Assembly (NCBI GenBank): GCA_964535795.1
Contig: CAZHTG010000012.1
Coordinates: forward strand, 3,729 to 67,728
From: an uncultured Rikenella sp.
GTDB lineage: Bacteria; Bacteroidota; Bacteroidia; Bacteroidales; VadinHA17
Direction of reading: 5' to 3'
Length of the DNA: 64,000 nucleotides
Shown here: positions 9,501 through 17,327 of the stretch, in pieces
How the letters are laid out: each line of letters starts with the position of its first letter
Position numbering within the stretch: the stretch's first letter is position 1
Notes under the pieces: model-generated
The model's input: the letters and a program-made list of their open reading frames with translations, nothing else
Database searches by the model: none
What the model was told of the DNA's origin: nothing
Made by a program: the position numbers and the translations under genes

Positions 9501-9651
9501 TTTCGGTGTGAATTATTACCTGTCCGGATTGCATTCCTACGCGGGCGGAGATCCCGTACCGGTGCCGGTCTTCGTCTATGTGGCGGTTGTTCTGCTGTTT
9601 TTACTGGCAGTCGGATCGTGGTATAGATACAGGGATATAAAGATGAATTAA
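6589..9651 (+). CDS. ccsBA: fused system II cytochrome c biogenesis protein CcsBA (ResB-like + CcsA heme lyase)
   Basis: 1020 aa. N-terminal ResB/CcsB-like part with a large periplasmic domain. C-terminal CcsA part with the WWD motif WGRYWGWDPKETWSL. Confidence 0.88.
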   Translation: MKILKFLFTPAVMGVLFIVLAIAMAAATFIENDFGPDSARSMVYNTRWFELLFLLLTINLAGQIVTRKLYRRDKLTVMLFHTAFIVMIAGAAITRYSGYDGMMHIREGETTSLTWSSGNSLTFELTDSEGKVLASHSGAVNLNGGRKSHYKKKLAAGGEEVMLSFDRYIPGAVRQVEESPEGVPMAAFLATPDMVSSEVIVLSQGETDMIGEMTIGFGTGADIRVSTGNEGWFLISRLEVRATSMQDMQAVVYPPDTLIVLARGIVYTVGGYRIMPQTLTMSGVMVPATDSGKQGTGGAVECTLTGPDGERKIYLWDNESEVRSEWRGNAGALTAKVSFGKRVLNLPFSLKLDEFIIERYPGSNSPSGFKSRVTLNDPDHKREFQYDIYMNHILKYRGFRFYQSSYDNDEQGTILSVNHDPAGMYTTYAGYGLLFLFIILSIVNRRSSFRSIRPGHWNSRFRKPLTAAVLFGLISLTPLKAQHLVIEKDAADRFGELLAQDQKGRTKPLYTLSSDILRKIARENSFDGLSPMQVFLGCSLDFYHWQNVPLIKVSNDEVRQLLNLKGERAAFSDIVSFGDGGGYKLSEHVEKAYAKAESERTRFDKEVIKVDERVNICYMMSRGDFMRLFPLRDGTDHWGMAADAVRHDVSMEDSLFVLSAVPMWVQAVTTVGRTEVNPDDFLSALKQYQRIHAGYDLPPETKVQAELFYYKAKIFEKLFPWYASVGLVMIFTIITVIIRGRGKAGLLLKVLTGLVAAGFLFHTLGLGIRWYISGHSPMSNGYESMLFISWVTVLAGFIFSRKSLLTLAATSVLAGLTLMVAHLSFMDPEITNLVPVLRSYWLTLHVSVITGSYGFLGLGAILGLIVLVMMLFVNSRNSERIGSVIDELTAINYRALTLGLYFLTIGTFLGAIWANESWGRYWGWDPKETWSLITIIIYTLVTHSRLIPGMKDVYLFNLLSLFAFSSVLMTYFGVNYYLSGLHSYAGGDPVPVPVFVYVAVVLLFLLAVGSWYRYRDIKMN

Positions 9652-9653
9652 CA

Positions 9654-9675
9654 GGGGGGTATAAGTACCCCCCCC
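9654..9675 (+). terminator. G6/C8 hairpin directly after the ccsBA stop (possible terminator, no T run)
   Basis: gggggg-tataagta-cccccccc. Confidence 0.3.
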
Positions 9676-9681
9676 GGTGCC

Positions 9682-9699
9682 GTCCGCCAGCTGGCGGAC
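9682..9699. repeat. perfect 18-nt palindrome
   Basis: gtccgccag|ctggcggac. Confidence 0.6.
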
Positions 9700-9752
9700 A
9701 GGACAATCTCCATTGTGCCGGGAAGTGTTTTTGGCATTGGTATAAAAACGCA

Positions 9753-9775
9753 GAGACTCCCGATTTGGGAGTCTC
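9753..9775 (-). terminator. rho-independent terminator of the SusC/SusD operon
   Basis: Stem gagactccc/gggagtctc, followed on the minus strand by tgcgttttta. Confidence 0.7.
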
Positions 9776-9803
9776 CACGTTACGATTCGATATCCGCGGA
9801 TAA

Positions 9804-10595
9804 TTATCTCTTAATGTTTTCGCGGTTTTTCTTCACCGGCATCGTGTACATAATACCCTTTGTGGAGGCCGAGAACTCATGATGTGTGTCATACTCGTCA
9901 CCGTCATAGAAAACGGTATAATCAACTATCATTGTATTGGCGCAACCGTCATATTTGCCGCTCCCCTCTACCCATCCGACGTAGCCGTCACCGAACTCGA
10001 AGTCCTGTTTAGGCACTGTAATTGCCTCAAGGAAATTGCCTGAGAAGGTGTAATAAATAACTGCTCCCGGGGCTGCCCAGTCCCAGAAATTGTCATTCAC
10101 AATGGTATTGGCCAGTGTCGGGTGCTTGGTGAAGGTCACCGGGTATACTCCGTATCCTGCCTCATCGCAGTCAAATGCGCCTATGAAGTTATTTATGTCA
10201 AGAGAGCAAAACGATTTCACTGCAATTTCAACAACCTTGTCAGGTGATTTGACACCGCCTGACGTGGTTTCGCTCACCGTGAGAACGGCTTTGCCTGATG
10301 CAGGCATCGTGGCAAACTCGATTGTAGCTTTCCTGGTGTCAGCACTGACCGATTTCAGTGTTGCCCCCGTTATACTCCAGCTCCATGTCGATCCCGAACG
10401 GCTGTAGTTAGGGGTGAAGTCCCGGGTCTCGGTCTGGTAGACAGAGGTGGGTCCGCTTACCCCCAGAACCAGGGGTACAACGTCCTGTGCCGTGTATGCG
10501 TTCTGGTTCTCTTCGATGTATGTCTCGCCGCAAGCGGGGAAGAGCATCACTGCAACCAGAAGGAAAGCAAGACGTGATATAATATTCTTTTTCAT
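9804..10595 (-). CDS. hypothetical PUL-associated lipoprotein (SusE/F-position surface protein candidate)
   Basis: MKKNIISRLAFLLVAVMLFPAC lipoprotein signal. Lies immediately downstream of the SusD-like gene. The start at M12 of the track ORF is preferred. Confidence 0.6.
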   Translation of the reverse strand: MKKNIISRLAFLLVAVMLFPACGETYIEENQNAYTAQDVVPLVLGVSGPTSVYQTETRDFTPNYSRSGSTWSWSITGATLKSVSADTRKATIEFATMPASGKAVLTVSETTSGGVKSPDKVVEIAVKSFCSLDINNFIGAFDCDEAGYGVYPVTFTKHPTLANTIVNDNFWDWAAPGAVIYYTFSGNFLEAITVPKQDFEFGDGYVGWVEGSGKYDGCANTMIVDYTVFYDGDEYDTHHEFSASTKGIMYTMPVKKNRENIKR

Positions 10596-10631
10596 AATCT
10601 TTCGTTTTTTGTTACCGTTAATATTCAACTG

Positions 10632-12128
10632 CTAAAACCATCCGCCGTTAGAATAATCTTCACCTGCAACGCCTTTGCCGGGGCCGAAAGTGTAGTTCTC
10701 CATCTGGTTTACCTCAAGCTGCTGGCCGGGTATCGGGAAATGAAGTGGTGTTCCGGCCTGCAGTTTGTTAGCTTTCCTCATGGTGAAGAATTCAAGGCCT
10801 GGTGTTGAGGTGTGCAGCTCAATATTCCTTTCATGGAAAATTGCGGCTTTTATTTCTCCAGCTGTTGCCCCAACAGGAGCAAGACCGCCACGTGTGACCC
10901 TGGTACCTGCGTTGATTATTGCGGCAGCACCGGCCAGGTTAGGCTGATGAAGCAGTGCCTCTGCCTTGAGCATGTCATTCTCTACCTTGCGGAAGGTGGG
11001 CTGAGGTGTTGTCCATGTTGACAGATAGTCGTCATATCTTGCATACCTGTAGCATGAGAAATGATAGTAACCACGCTCGACCCTGAAGGGGCATGTCTCA
11101 AGGAATTCGAAATCAGTGAATATCCTGTCATCAATGCCGGCTAAGTGAGCAGTTGTAGGTTCAGGAATGACATCCCAGGTACCGGCATCGGTCCAGCGTG
11201 AGGGGAAACGTGAGTCCATCATGTTGATCAGTCTCATGTCAGTCTGTCCCCATCCACCGTAAACAGTGTAGGTTTGATAAAGGTTATACCATGTGATATC
11301 ATCCATTACGGGGGCAAAATCATAGGTCAGTCCCTTATTGGCATATGCTCCTACCTTTGCCCAGTCGACAGCATTATCCTGAGCCTCATTCCTTGGTGAG
11401 TAGGACAACAGTGCAGCTGCCACGGTGTTAGCCAGTTCAGCCAGCTTGACATTGGTAATTGTTATTCCCGGGGCCCATGTGTTAGGGAGGGTAAAGGTAT
11501 TGGATGCGCATAAAGCAATGCACTTATCAAGGCACATTACTGCAGTATCAATAACCTGATTCCACGGGTAAACCTCCAGGGTCTGTGTCAGGTCAGTGTT
11601 CTCGGTAGTGATGAACGCCTTGTCATAAAAGAGGCCGATATATCCGAGATTTAAGCCCTGCATCAGGTGCGCGACAGCAGCCACCATGGGTGTATCATCG
11701 GTGCCTTCTGTCTCTATCACCATGTCGCCGACAACAACCTTTCCCAGCACTTCATTGGCTGAGGCCAGGCCAGCATATAGACCTTTATAAGGATTCTCAG
11801 TCATCGCTGCATTACTGTATGCGGCTGTATTGTCCCATGCAATGCGAGGTTCGTAGCTGAAATCACGCATGCCAAAGTTACCCCATGAGCAGGTGCCTGC
11901 ATCAGCGCCTACCCAGGTCATTATAGCAAGACCGTCGGCTTGATTGATGTTCATGTACCATGTGTTGATAAGCGATCCGGCCACACCTTTAACATCAGAA
12001 GGGTTGGAGAAAGCTGTCTCAAAGTCAGGGTCGTTGAGATTTTCAACCTCCAGGCTTTCACATGAGGTGAAAAGGAACGCCGTAACGATTGAAAATAAGA
12101 GAAAGTATCTTAGTGTTTTCATAATCAC
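10632..12128 (-). CDS. SusD/RagB family nutrient-binding outer-membrane lipoprotein
   Basis: Lipobox LFTSC, about 500 aa, and positioned directly after a SusC-like TonB-dependent transporter (TBDT). Confidence 0.88.
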   Translation of the reverse strand: MIMKTLRYFLLFSIVTAFLFTSCESLEVENLNDPDFETAFSNPSDVKGVAGSLINTWYMNINQADGLAIMTWVGADAGTCSWGNFGMRDFSYEPRIAWDNTAAYSNAAMTENPYKGLYAGLASANEVLGKVVVGDMVIETEGTDDTPMVAAVAHLMQGLNLGYIGLFYDKAFITTENTDLTQTLEVYPWNQVIDTAVMCLDKCIALCASNTFTLPNTWAPGITITNVKLAELANTVAAALLSYSPRNEAQDNAVDWAKVGAYANKGLTYDFAPVMDDITWYNLYQTYTVYGGWGQTDMRLINMMDSRFPSRWTDAGTWDVIPEPTTAHLAGIDDRIFTDFEFLETCPFRVERGYYHFSCYRYARYDDYLSTWTTPQPTFRKVENDMLKAEALLHQPNLAGAAAIINAGTRVTRGGLAPVGATAGEIKAAIFHERNIELHTSTPGLEFFTMRKANKLQAGTPLHFPIPGQQLEVNQMENYTFGPGKGVAGEDYSNGGWF

Positions 12129-12141
12129 TTTGGTTTAGTCG

Positions 12142-15100
12142 TTAGAATTTCAGTTCAAGTGAAGCAGAGTAGGCCCTGAAGTTGGGATAGCCCATGAAGT
12201 CGTACGCGAAATATTGTGTTCCGTCTGTGGTACCGACTTCGGGATCATAGCCTGTATAGGTTGACAGGGTATAAAGGTTCTTGCCTATGATGGAGAGTTT
12301 GACTCCTTTAAGATAGCCCTTCGCGAAGCTTCTGAGCGCTGTTGCGGGAACACTGTAGGATACTGAAAGTTCTCTCAGCTTCAGGTAGCTTCCGTCCTCT
12401 ACCCAGAATGCGTTCTGGTCATTGACCATATAAAAGGCCTTGTAGTACTCGATTGTCTTCTTAAGGTGATCTGGTTTTCCGTACTGGTCCATCATACCGT
12501 GCCTGTCGTCACGTGTCAGCCACTGTGCCGACTTGTTATAGACATCACCGCCGTTCTTCCAGTCGATAAGGGCATAGATTCCGAAGCCCTTGAAGGTCAG
12601 TGTATTTGTCATCGACATCTTGAACTTCGCGTTTGAATCACCAATCTTGCCAAACCAGTAATCGCCGTTCTCATCACGTTTTCTAACGGGGATTTCGAAA
12701 ATGGTTCCTTCAGTTCCTGCTGGGATAACGTATCCGTCGCTGTTAACCACATAATTGGTTATAAGGTCACTTGCCCCAAGCTGTTGCTGCATTTCATCAA
12801 GAGTCTTGACAAAGGCAGCGCCATACATTGCACCGAATACCTCGCCTTCACGGATATAGAACGCTTTGTAAGCTTCCTGTCCCTGCGGGCCCGTCTGATA
12901 CGGAGGTACGTCAAGCTGGGTTATCATGGTACGTACCCTGTCAAAGATGAAGCCCATGTTCCAGTTGACTGATTTGGATCTTACAACCTGGGCATTGAGA
13001 GATGACTCCCATACTTTTGAGTTCAGTGAACCGGCGTTCTGCACCTGGCTTGGCCAGCCGCCATACTGCACTGCGAGGGGCACTGCAAGCAGCTGATCGC
13101 TGGTGTTGGTCTCGGAACGTACCAGCTCAAAACTGAACCTGTTGAGGAAATCAATATTAAGACCAACCTCAAGTTCTTTTGAGAGAGAAGGTTTCAGCAG
13201 CCTGTTACCAAGCTGGCTCTTGTTGACCTGGCCTCCGGAGATTGACATCACCTCATACTGGTCGGCGAAACCCGGCCTCTGTCCTGCTGTCCCGTAGGCA
13301 GCTCTTAACTTAAACTCCTGGATGCCCGGGATCTTGATATCCTCGGAAATCCTGTATGCGCCTGACACCCTGAAATAGGGACTCCACCTGGCATCGGCAC
13401 CAAAGAGCGACGAGCCGTCATAACGGAACATGCCGTCAAAAATGTACTTGTCCTTGTAATCCAAATAAAGTATGGCAAAGTAATTCTTTGCAAGTACCCT
13501 GGATTGGTAGCTGGTAGAAGAGATATTCCCTGAGACTGCGTCAAACGAAGGAATGCCACCAAGCCCGAAGTCTGAACCATTGGCTGAGTTACTTGCGAAC
13601 TCGTTCTTTTCAAACAGGTAGCTCAGTTTAGCCCTGGTATTGAATTCACCGAACTTCTTGTTGAAATTGAGCGTAAACTGGGTATTCTGAGAGTTGCGGT
13701 ACGAGTCATAAATATAGATTGAACCGAGAGAATATACCGGCACACTTCCTGCCCGTGTAAATGAATCATATGGATTATAAGTCGTGCTGGTTTGTTCCTG
13801 CTTTTCAAAGGCATATCTGGCCTCGAAGTTCAGGAAGTCGGTCAGGTTATACTTTGCCTGATAAACGCCCATGAACCTTCCTCGCCTGTCAAGGTCTTCC
13901 GGTTTCCAGAGCTGATACAGGGGGTTCTCCTGCTCCATGTTCCAGGTGCTGGGCAGGTAATTGTAGGGCTGCCCGTCCCAGTTCGGATAGTAATAGTCAA
14001 CATCGGGTTCCGTGAGCAACACATCGAAGAACATACCTCCGTTGTAAGCGTTGGCACCGCCAGGATCCTGTGATGTTACCTTAATATAGGTATTGCTGGC
14101 TGAAATTGAGAGCTTAGGGGTCAGTTTATGGTCAACATTCAGCCTGAAGGAATTTCTCTTGTACCCTTCGGTCTCAACAAGTACACCTGACTGCACGTTG
14201 TTCTCAAAAGAGGCAAGGAAGTTGGTCTTGCCAAGGTTCGAAGCCACACCTACATAATTGGTGTAGTTGGAGTTCTCGGCGAATATGTCGTCTTCATGGT
14301 CATAAAGCACGGCATAGTCATTATCCATATAATGATCATCCTCGAGGCGGCGTGATCCAGTAACTCCTTGTTCTGTGCCCTGATAATCAGCCGGATAGGT
14401 GACGCCGGCATATCTCGTGTAAGGATAGCTTGCCTGGTCATCGGCAAGGACATAGGCATGGTGTTCAGACAGCCAGTATCTTTTTGCCAGCTGGTTTATA
14501 CCGTATTCATTCCTTATGGTGACTTCTGTTTTGCCTTCTGACAGCAGGTTACCGCGCCTGGTGGTCACAGCGATGACGCCGTTACCTGCGCGTGAGCCGT
14601 AGAGAGCTGCTGCAGAGGCACCCTTGACAACTTCGATAGACTCGATGTCATCAACGTTTATGTCTGCAAAGGTACCCTCCATGATGGCTCCGTCAACGAC
14701 TATCAGCGGATCCTGTGAACCTGAAATCTGGGTGGCGCCACGGACAAGGATGGTGGATTGTGATCCCGGCTGGCCGTTGGCGTTTATGACCGTAAGACCC
14801 GACACCTTTCCCTGCAGTGCTGATGATGCTGATGTGGCAACAACCTCTTTGAGTTTCTCCGAGTCAATCCTTTCAACAGATACAGACATTTTCTTCTTTG
14901 GCGTTCCTGCTGCAACACCGGTGACGATTATCTCGTCAAGGTTCAGCAGGTCCTGCTCCATCACAATGTCAACCCTGTTCAGTCCGGTGACAATCACCTC
15001 CTGGGTCTTCATCCCGATGAAAGAGAAAACAAGGTTTCTGGCGTTCTGGGGTACGTTGAGGGAGAAATTACCAGTAGCATCGGTGAAAGTCCCGAGCGTG

Positions 15101-15249
15101 GTACCCGGAACAGCGACTGATACGCCCGGTATCGGTCCCTCCCCCTCGACTGCGGAGGTAACTGTGCCTGTAACAGTTCTTGTCTGTGCCATTAGTGCTG
15201 CGACACCAGTACACAGAAACAATACTAACAACAGAATTAGTTTCTTCAT
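12142..15249 (-). CDS. SusC/RagA family TonB-dependent outer-membrane transporter
   Basis: Signal peptide, a CarboxypepD_reg-like N-terminus (TVTGTVTS...PGVSVAV...TDATGNFSL), a plug (IVVDG, RGxxS), 1035 aa, and a C-terminal ...LELKF. Confidence 0.93.
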   Translation of the reverse strand: MKKLILLLVLFLCTGVAALMAQTRTVTGTVTSAVEGEGPIPGVSVAVPGTTLGTFTDATGNFSLNVPQNARNLVFSFIGMKTQEVIVTGLNRVDIVMEQDLLNLDEIIVTGVAAGTPKKKMSVSVERIDSEKLKEVVATSASSALQGKVSGLTVINANGQPGSQSTILVRGATQISGSQDPLIVVDGAIMEGTFADINVDDIESIEVVKGASAAALYGSRAGNGVIAVTTRRGNLLSEGKTEVTIRNEYGINQLAKRYWLSEHHAYVLADDQASYPYTRYAGVTYPADYQGTEQGVTGSRRLEDDHYMDNDYAVLYDHEDDIFAENSNYTNYVGVASNLGKTNFLASFENNVQSGVLVETEGYKRNSFRLNVDHKLTPKLSISASNTYIKVTSQDPGGANAYNGGMFFDVLLTEPDVDYYYPNWDGQPYNYLPSTWNMEQENPLYQLWKPEDLDRRGRFMGVYQAKYNLTDFLNFEARYAFEKQEQTSTTYNPYDSFTRAGSVPVYSLGSIYIYDSYRNSQNTQFTLNFNKKFGEFNTRAKLSYLFEKNEFASNSANGSDFGLGGIPSFDAVSGNISSTSYQSRVLAKNYFAILYLDYKDKYIFDGMFRYDGSSLFGADARWSPYFRVSGAYRISEDIKIPGIQEFKLRAAYGTAGQRPGFADQYEVMSISGGQVNKSQLGNRLLKPSLSKELEVGLNIDFLNRFSFELVRSETNTSDQLLAVPLAVQYGGWPSQVQNAGSLNSKVWESSLNAQVVRSKSVNWNMGFIFDRVRTMITQLDVPPYQTGPQGQEAYKAFYIREGEVFGAMYGAAFVKTLDEMQQQLGASDLITNYVVNSDGYVIPAGTEGTIFEIPVRKRDENGDYWFGKIGDSNAKFKMSMTNTLTFKGFGIYALIDWKNGGDVYNKSAQWLTRDDRHGMMDQYGKPDHLKKTIEYYKAFYMVNDQNAFWVEDGSYLKLRELSVSYSVPATALRSFAKGYLKGVKLSIIGKNLYTLSTYTGYDPEVGTTDGTQYFAYDFMGYPNFRAYSASLELKF

Positions 15250-15436
15250 ACGATCAAGTTTTAGGTTAGAAAAGTATATGCGAAGGTAAGGATAATTTTT
15301 TTTTAATTGATAGATAAAACCTGATTTTTACCTTTTGAATTTCAGATGTGGCCCTACTGTGATGAGATGCGCAGGGTTATGCATCTAAAATCGGGTGCAT
15401 TTCTGAGCTGTCTTTTTGCATGTAAGTTTGATTGTT

Positions 15437-15620
15437 AGTTTAGGTTTATAAGTATTGTCAAACACCGGGTTACCACCCTCGCGGTGCTTGGGTGGAGGAT
15501 CGGAGGAGGGTGGATGACCGGGTTGCCGTTTTCGCTTTGCTCAGACGGCGAGCCGGAACAGGGTATCCTCTTATCTGAAAAGGCTGCGATGCCTGGTGGC
15601 ATCTAACGGCCTTTTTTTTT
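15437..15620 (+). ncRNA. candidate orphan small RNA (unclassified), from promoter-like box to strong terminator
   Basis: A TAAGTTTG -7 box at 15423-15430 and a terminator at 15581-15620 bracket about 180 nt of highly structured, non-coding sequence. It matched none of the ncRNA families I checked it against (SRP, RNase P, tmRNA, 6S). Confidence 0.25.
15581..15620 (+). terminator. rho-independent terminator (plus strand) with T9 tail and no upstream plus-strand CDS
   Basis: Stem gatgcc/ggcatc with outer aggc/gcct pairs, followed by ttttttttt. Confidence 0.7.
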
Positions 15621-15665
15621 AAATTTCATTACTGAGCAAGCTCAGTCCTTCCATTAAAAAACAAA

Positions 15666-15693
15666 GCCGCCCCGGCCTGAAGGCAGGGGCAGC
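15666..15693 (-). terminator. terminator of tRNA-His
   Basis: Stem gccgcccc...ggggcagc with an inner ggcc/ggc pairing. The minus strand is followed by tttgtttttt. Confidence 0.65.
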
Positions 15694-15706
15694 CTTTTCT
15701 GATAAG

Positions 15707-15781
15707 GGTGGAAGACCGGGTTCGAACCGGCGACCTCCAGATCCACAATCTGGCGCTCTAACCGACTGAGCTACAACCACC
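15707..15781 (-). tRNA. tRNA-His (anticodon GTG) with G-1; CCA not encoded
   Basis: The minus strand reads g-gtggttg-ta-gctc-agtcggtta-gagc-g-ccaga-ttGTGga-tctgg-aggtc-gccgg-ttcgaac-ccggt-cttccac-c. The D, anticodon and T arms fold canonically, and G-1:C73 is typical of tRNA-His. Confidence 0.85.
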
Positions 15782-15936
15782 GTTTTACGGAGTGCAAAGA
15801 AACAGCAAAAATCGCATTCTGCAAATATTTATTTCTATTTTGTTTTCATACCCCTCAAATCGTATCTTAGCCGGGTTGAAACGATTGGTGCAATTATTGT
15901 TGCCCCTGAACGTTCAGATCAATATACCGGGATAGT

Positions 15937-17283
15937 TTGACAAGACTCAAATTCATAGACAATATATCGGGATTGCAGGCCGTACAGCTGCTCAGGTTCG
16001 TCACCTTCCTCATCATAAGCATAGTCTTTACCAAAAGCCACCTGTCAAGGGCACAGATAGGAAACTGGGAGCTGTTCCTCTTCATCGCCAGCCTGCTCAG
16101 CTTCTTCTGGGTGACAGGCATCATCCAGTCGCTGCTCACCCTTTATAACCGCAACCGGACCTTCAGGGAGGACGGTGAGACCGAAGGCCGCAAATCACCC
16201 GAGATTTTCAACGCCTTCCTCCTGATATCCTTCTTCAGCGTCCTGGTCTTCGCCATGGGAATACCGGTTAAAGTCATCCTCTCGGCCTCCTCCTCCGACC
16301 CGGAGATACCCTATGCCAGCCTGCTGCTCCTTTACATCCTGGTGAGCAACCCTGTGACACTGATTGAATACATTTACCTCCTCAACAAAAGACCACACCG
16401 CGTCCTTCAGTACGGCATGTACACCTATGGCGCCCAGTTGCTGTTCGTGCTGGCCCCGGTGCTGGCAGGCTTTGATGAGAAGAGCGCCATCTGGGGTCTC
16501 TTCGCAATCACAGGGGTGAGATGGGTATGGCTGATAATACTGCTTCGGCGCTATACATTGCTAAAGGTATCTTATGATTTCATAAGGGAACACCTGAAGG
16601 TGGGAATGCCACTGATACTTACCTTCCTGATCAGCGGGTCGGCCCAGTACATAGACGGCATTATCGTCTCAGCCCACTATGCTGACCCCGGTGTCTTTGC
16701 CATGTACCGCTACGGGGCAAAGGAGTTTCCGCTTGTACTGCTGCTGGCCAACGGCCTCAGCAACGCACTCCTGCCGCGCTTCAGCACCAGGGAGGGGATG
16801 CGCGAGGCGCTCGTCACTCTGCGCCATAGATCCGGCAGGCTGATCAGATACCTGTTCCCGCTATCAATTGCCACTATGTTTGTGGCAAGATGGGTCTACC
16901 CCAGGCTCTTCACGCCGGAATTCGCACGCAGCGCTGACGTATTCATGATCTACCTGCTGCTTATCATACCCCGGCTGGTCTTCCCGCAGACCATCGTGAT
17001 CGGACGGCGCAAGACCAATGTAACCCTCATAACGGCAGCGGTTGAGATAGCAGTGAATATCCCGCTCAGCCTGATGCTGATAAAACCGTACGGGGTGGTC
17101 GGCGTTGCCCTGGCAACCTTCATTGTATATTTCTTTGAAAAGGTGTTCCTCATTTGGTACGTGTGGAAAAAAATGAAGATAAGACCGGCAGAATATATCC
17201 CTGTCGCCAGCTGGCTCCTGTGGTCAGCACTGCTGATCGTGTTGTTCATCCTTATCGATCACCGAATAATAGACATCCATTGA
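15937..17283 (+). CDS. MOP-superfamily polysaccharide/oligosaccharide flippase-like membrane protein
   Basis: 448 aa with about 12-14 TM helices and a polysaccharide-biosynthesis C-terminal pattern. The only in-frame start near the N-terminus is TTG at 15937, so the start is uncertain. Confidence 0.7.
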   Translation: MTRLKFIDNISGLQAVQLLRFVTFLIISIVFTKSHLSRAQIGNWELFLFIASLLSFFWVTGIIQSLLTLYNRNRTFREDGETEGRKSPEIFNAFLLISFFSVLVFAMGIPVKVILSASSSDPEIPYASLLLLYILVSNPVTLIEYIYLLNKRPHRVLQYGMYTYGAQLLFVLAPVLAGFDEKSAIWGLFAITGVRWVWLIILLRRYTLLKVSYDFIREHLKVGMPLILTFLISGSAQYIDGIIVSAHYADPGVFAMYRYGAKEFPLVLLLANGLSNALLPRFSTREGMREALVTLRHRSGRLIRYLFPLSIATMFVARWVYPRLFTPEFARSADVFMIYLLLIIPRLVFPQTIVIGRRKTNVTLITAAVEIAVNIPLSLMLIKPYGVVGVALATFIVYFFEKVFLIWYVWKKMKIRPAEYIPVASWLLWSALLIVLFILIDHRIIDIH

Positions 17284-17327
17284 TGAACTGTGCCGGAAGC
17301 GCTGCCGGATGAACGGAACTGTCACTG

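Noticed and set aside
15346-15438. 30-codon Cys-rich ORF (MWPYCDEMRRVMHLKSGAFLSCLFACKFDC) in the SusC / tRNA-His intergenic region.
   Set aside because: There is no promoter box in front of it, it overlaps the candidate -7 box at 15423-15430, and it is too short to support without conservation or ribosome-profiling data.
15437-15620. Possibility that the structured intergenic RNA is SRP RNA, 6S RNA, RNase P RNA or tmRNA.
   Set aside because: It lacks the SRP domain IV motif (GGAA tetraloop with AGCA), the RNase P conserved regions (GAGGAAAGUCC, ACAGAA), and a tmRNA tRNA-like end or tag ORF. It is kept only as an unclassified candidate.
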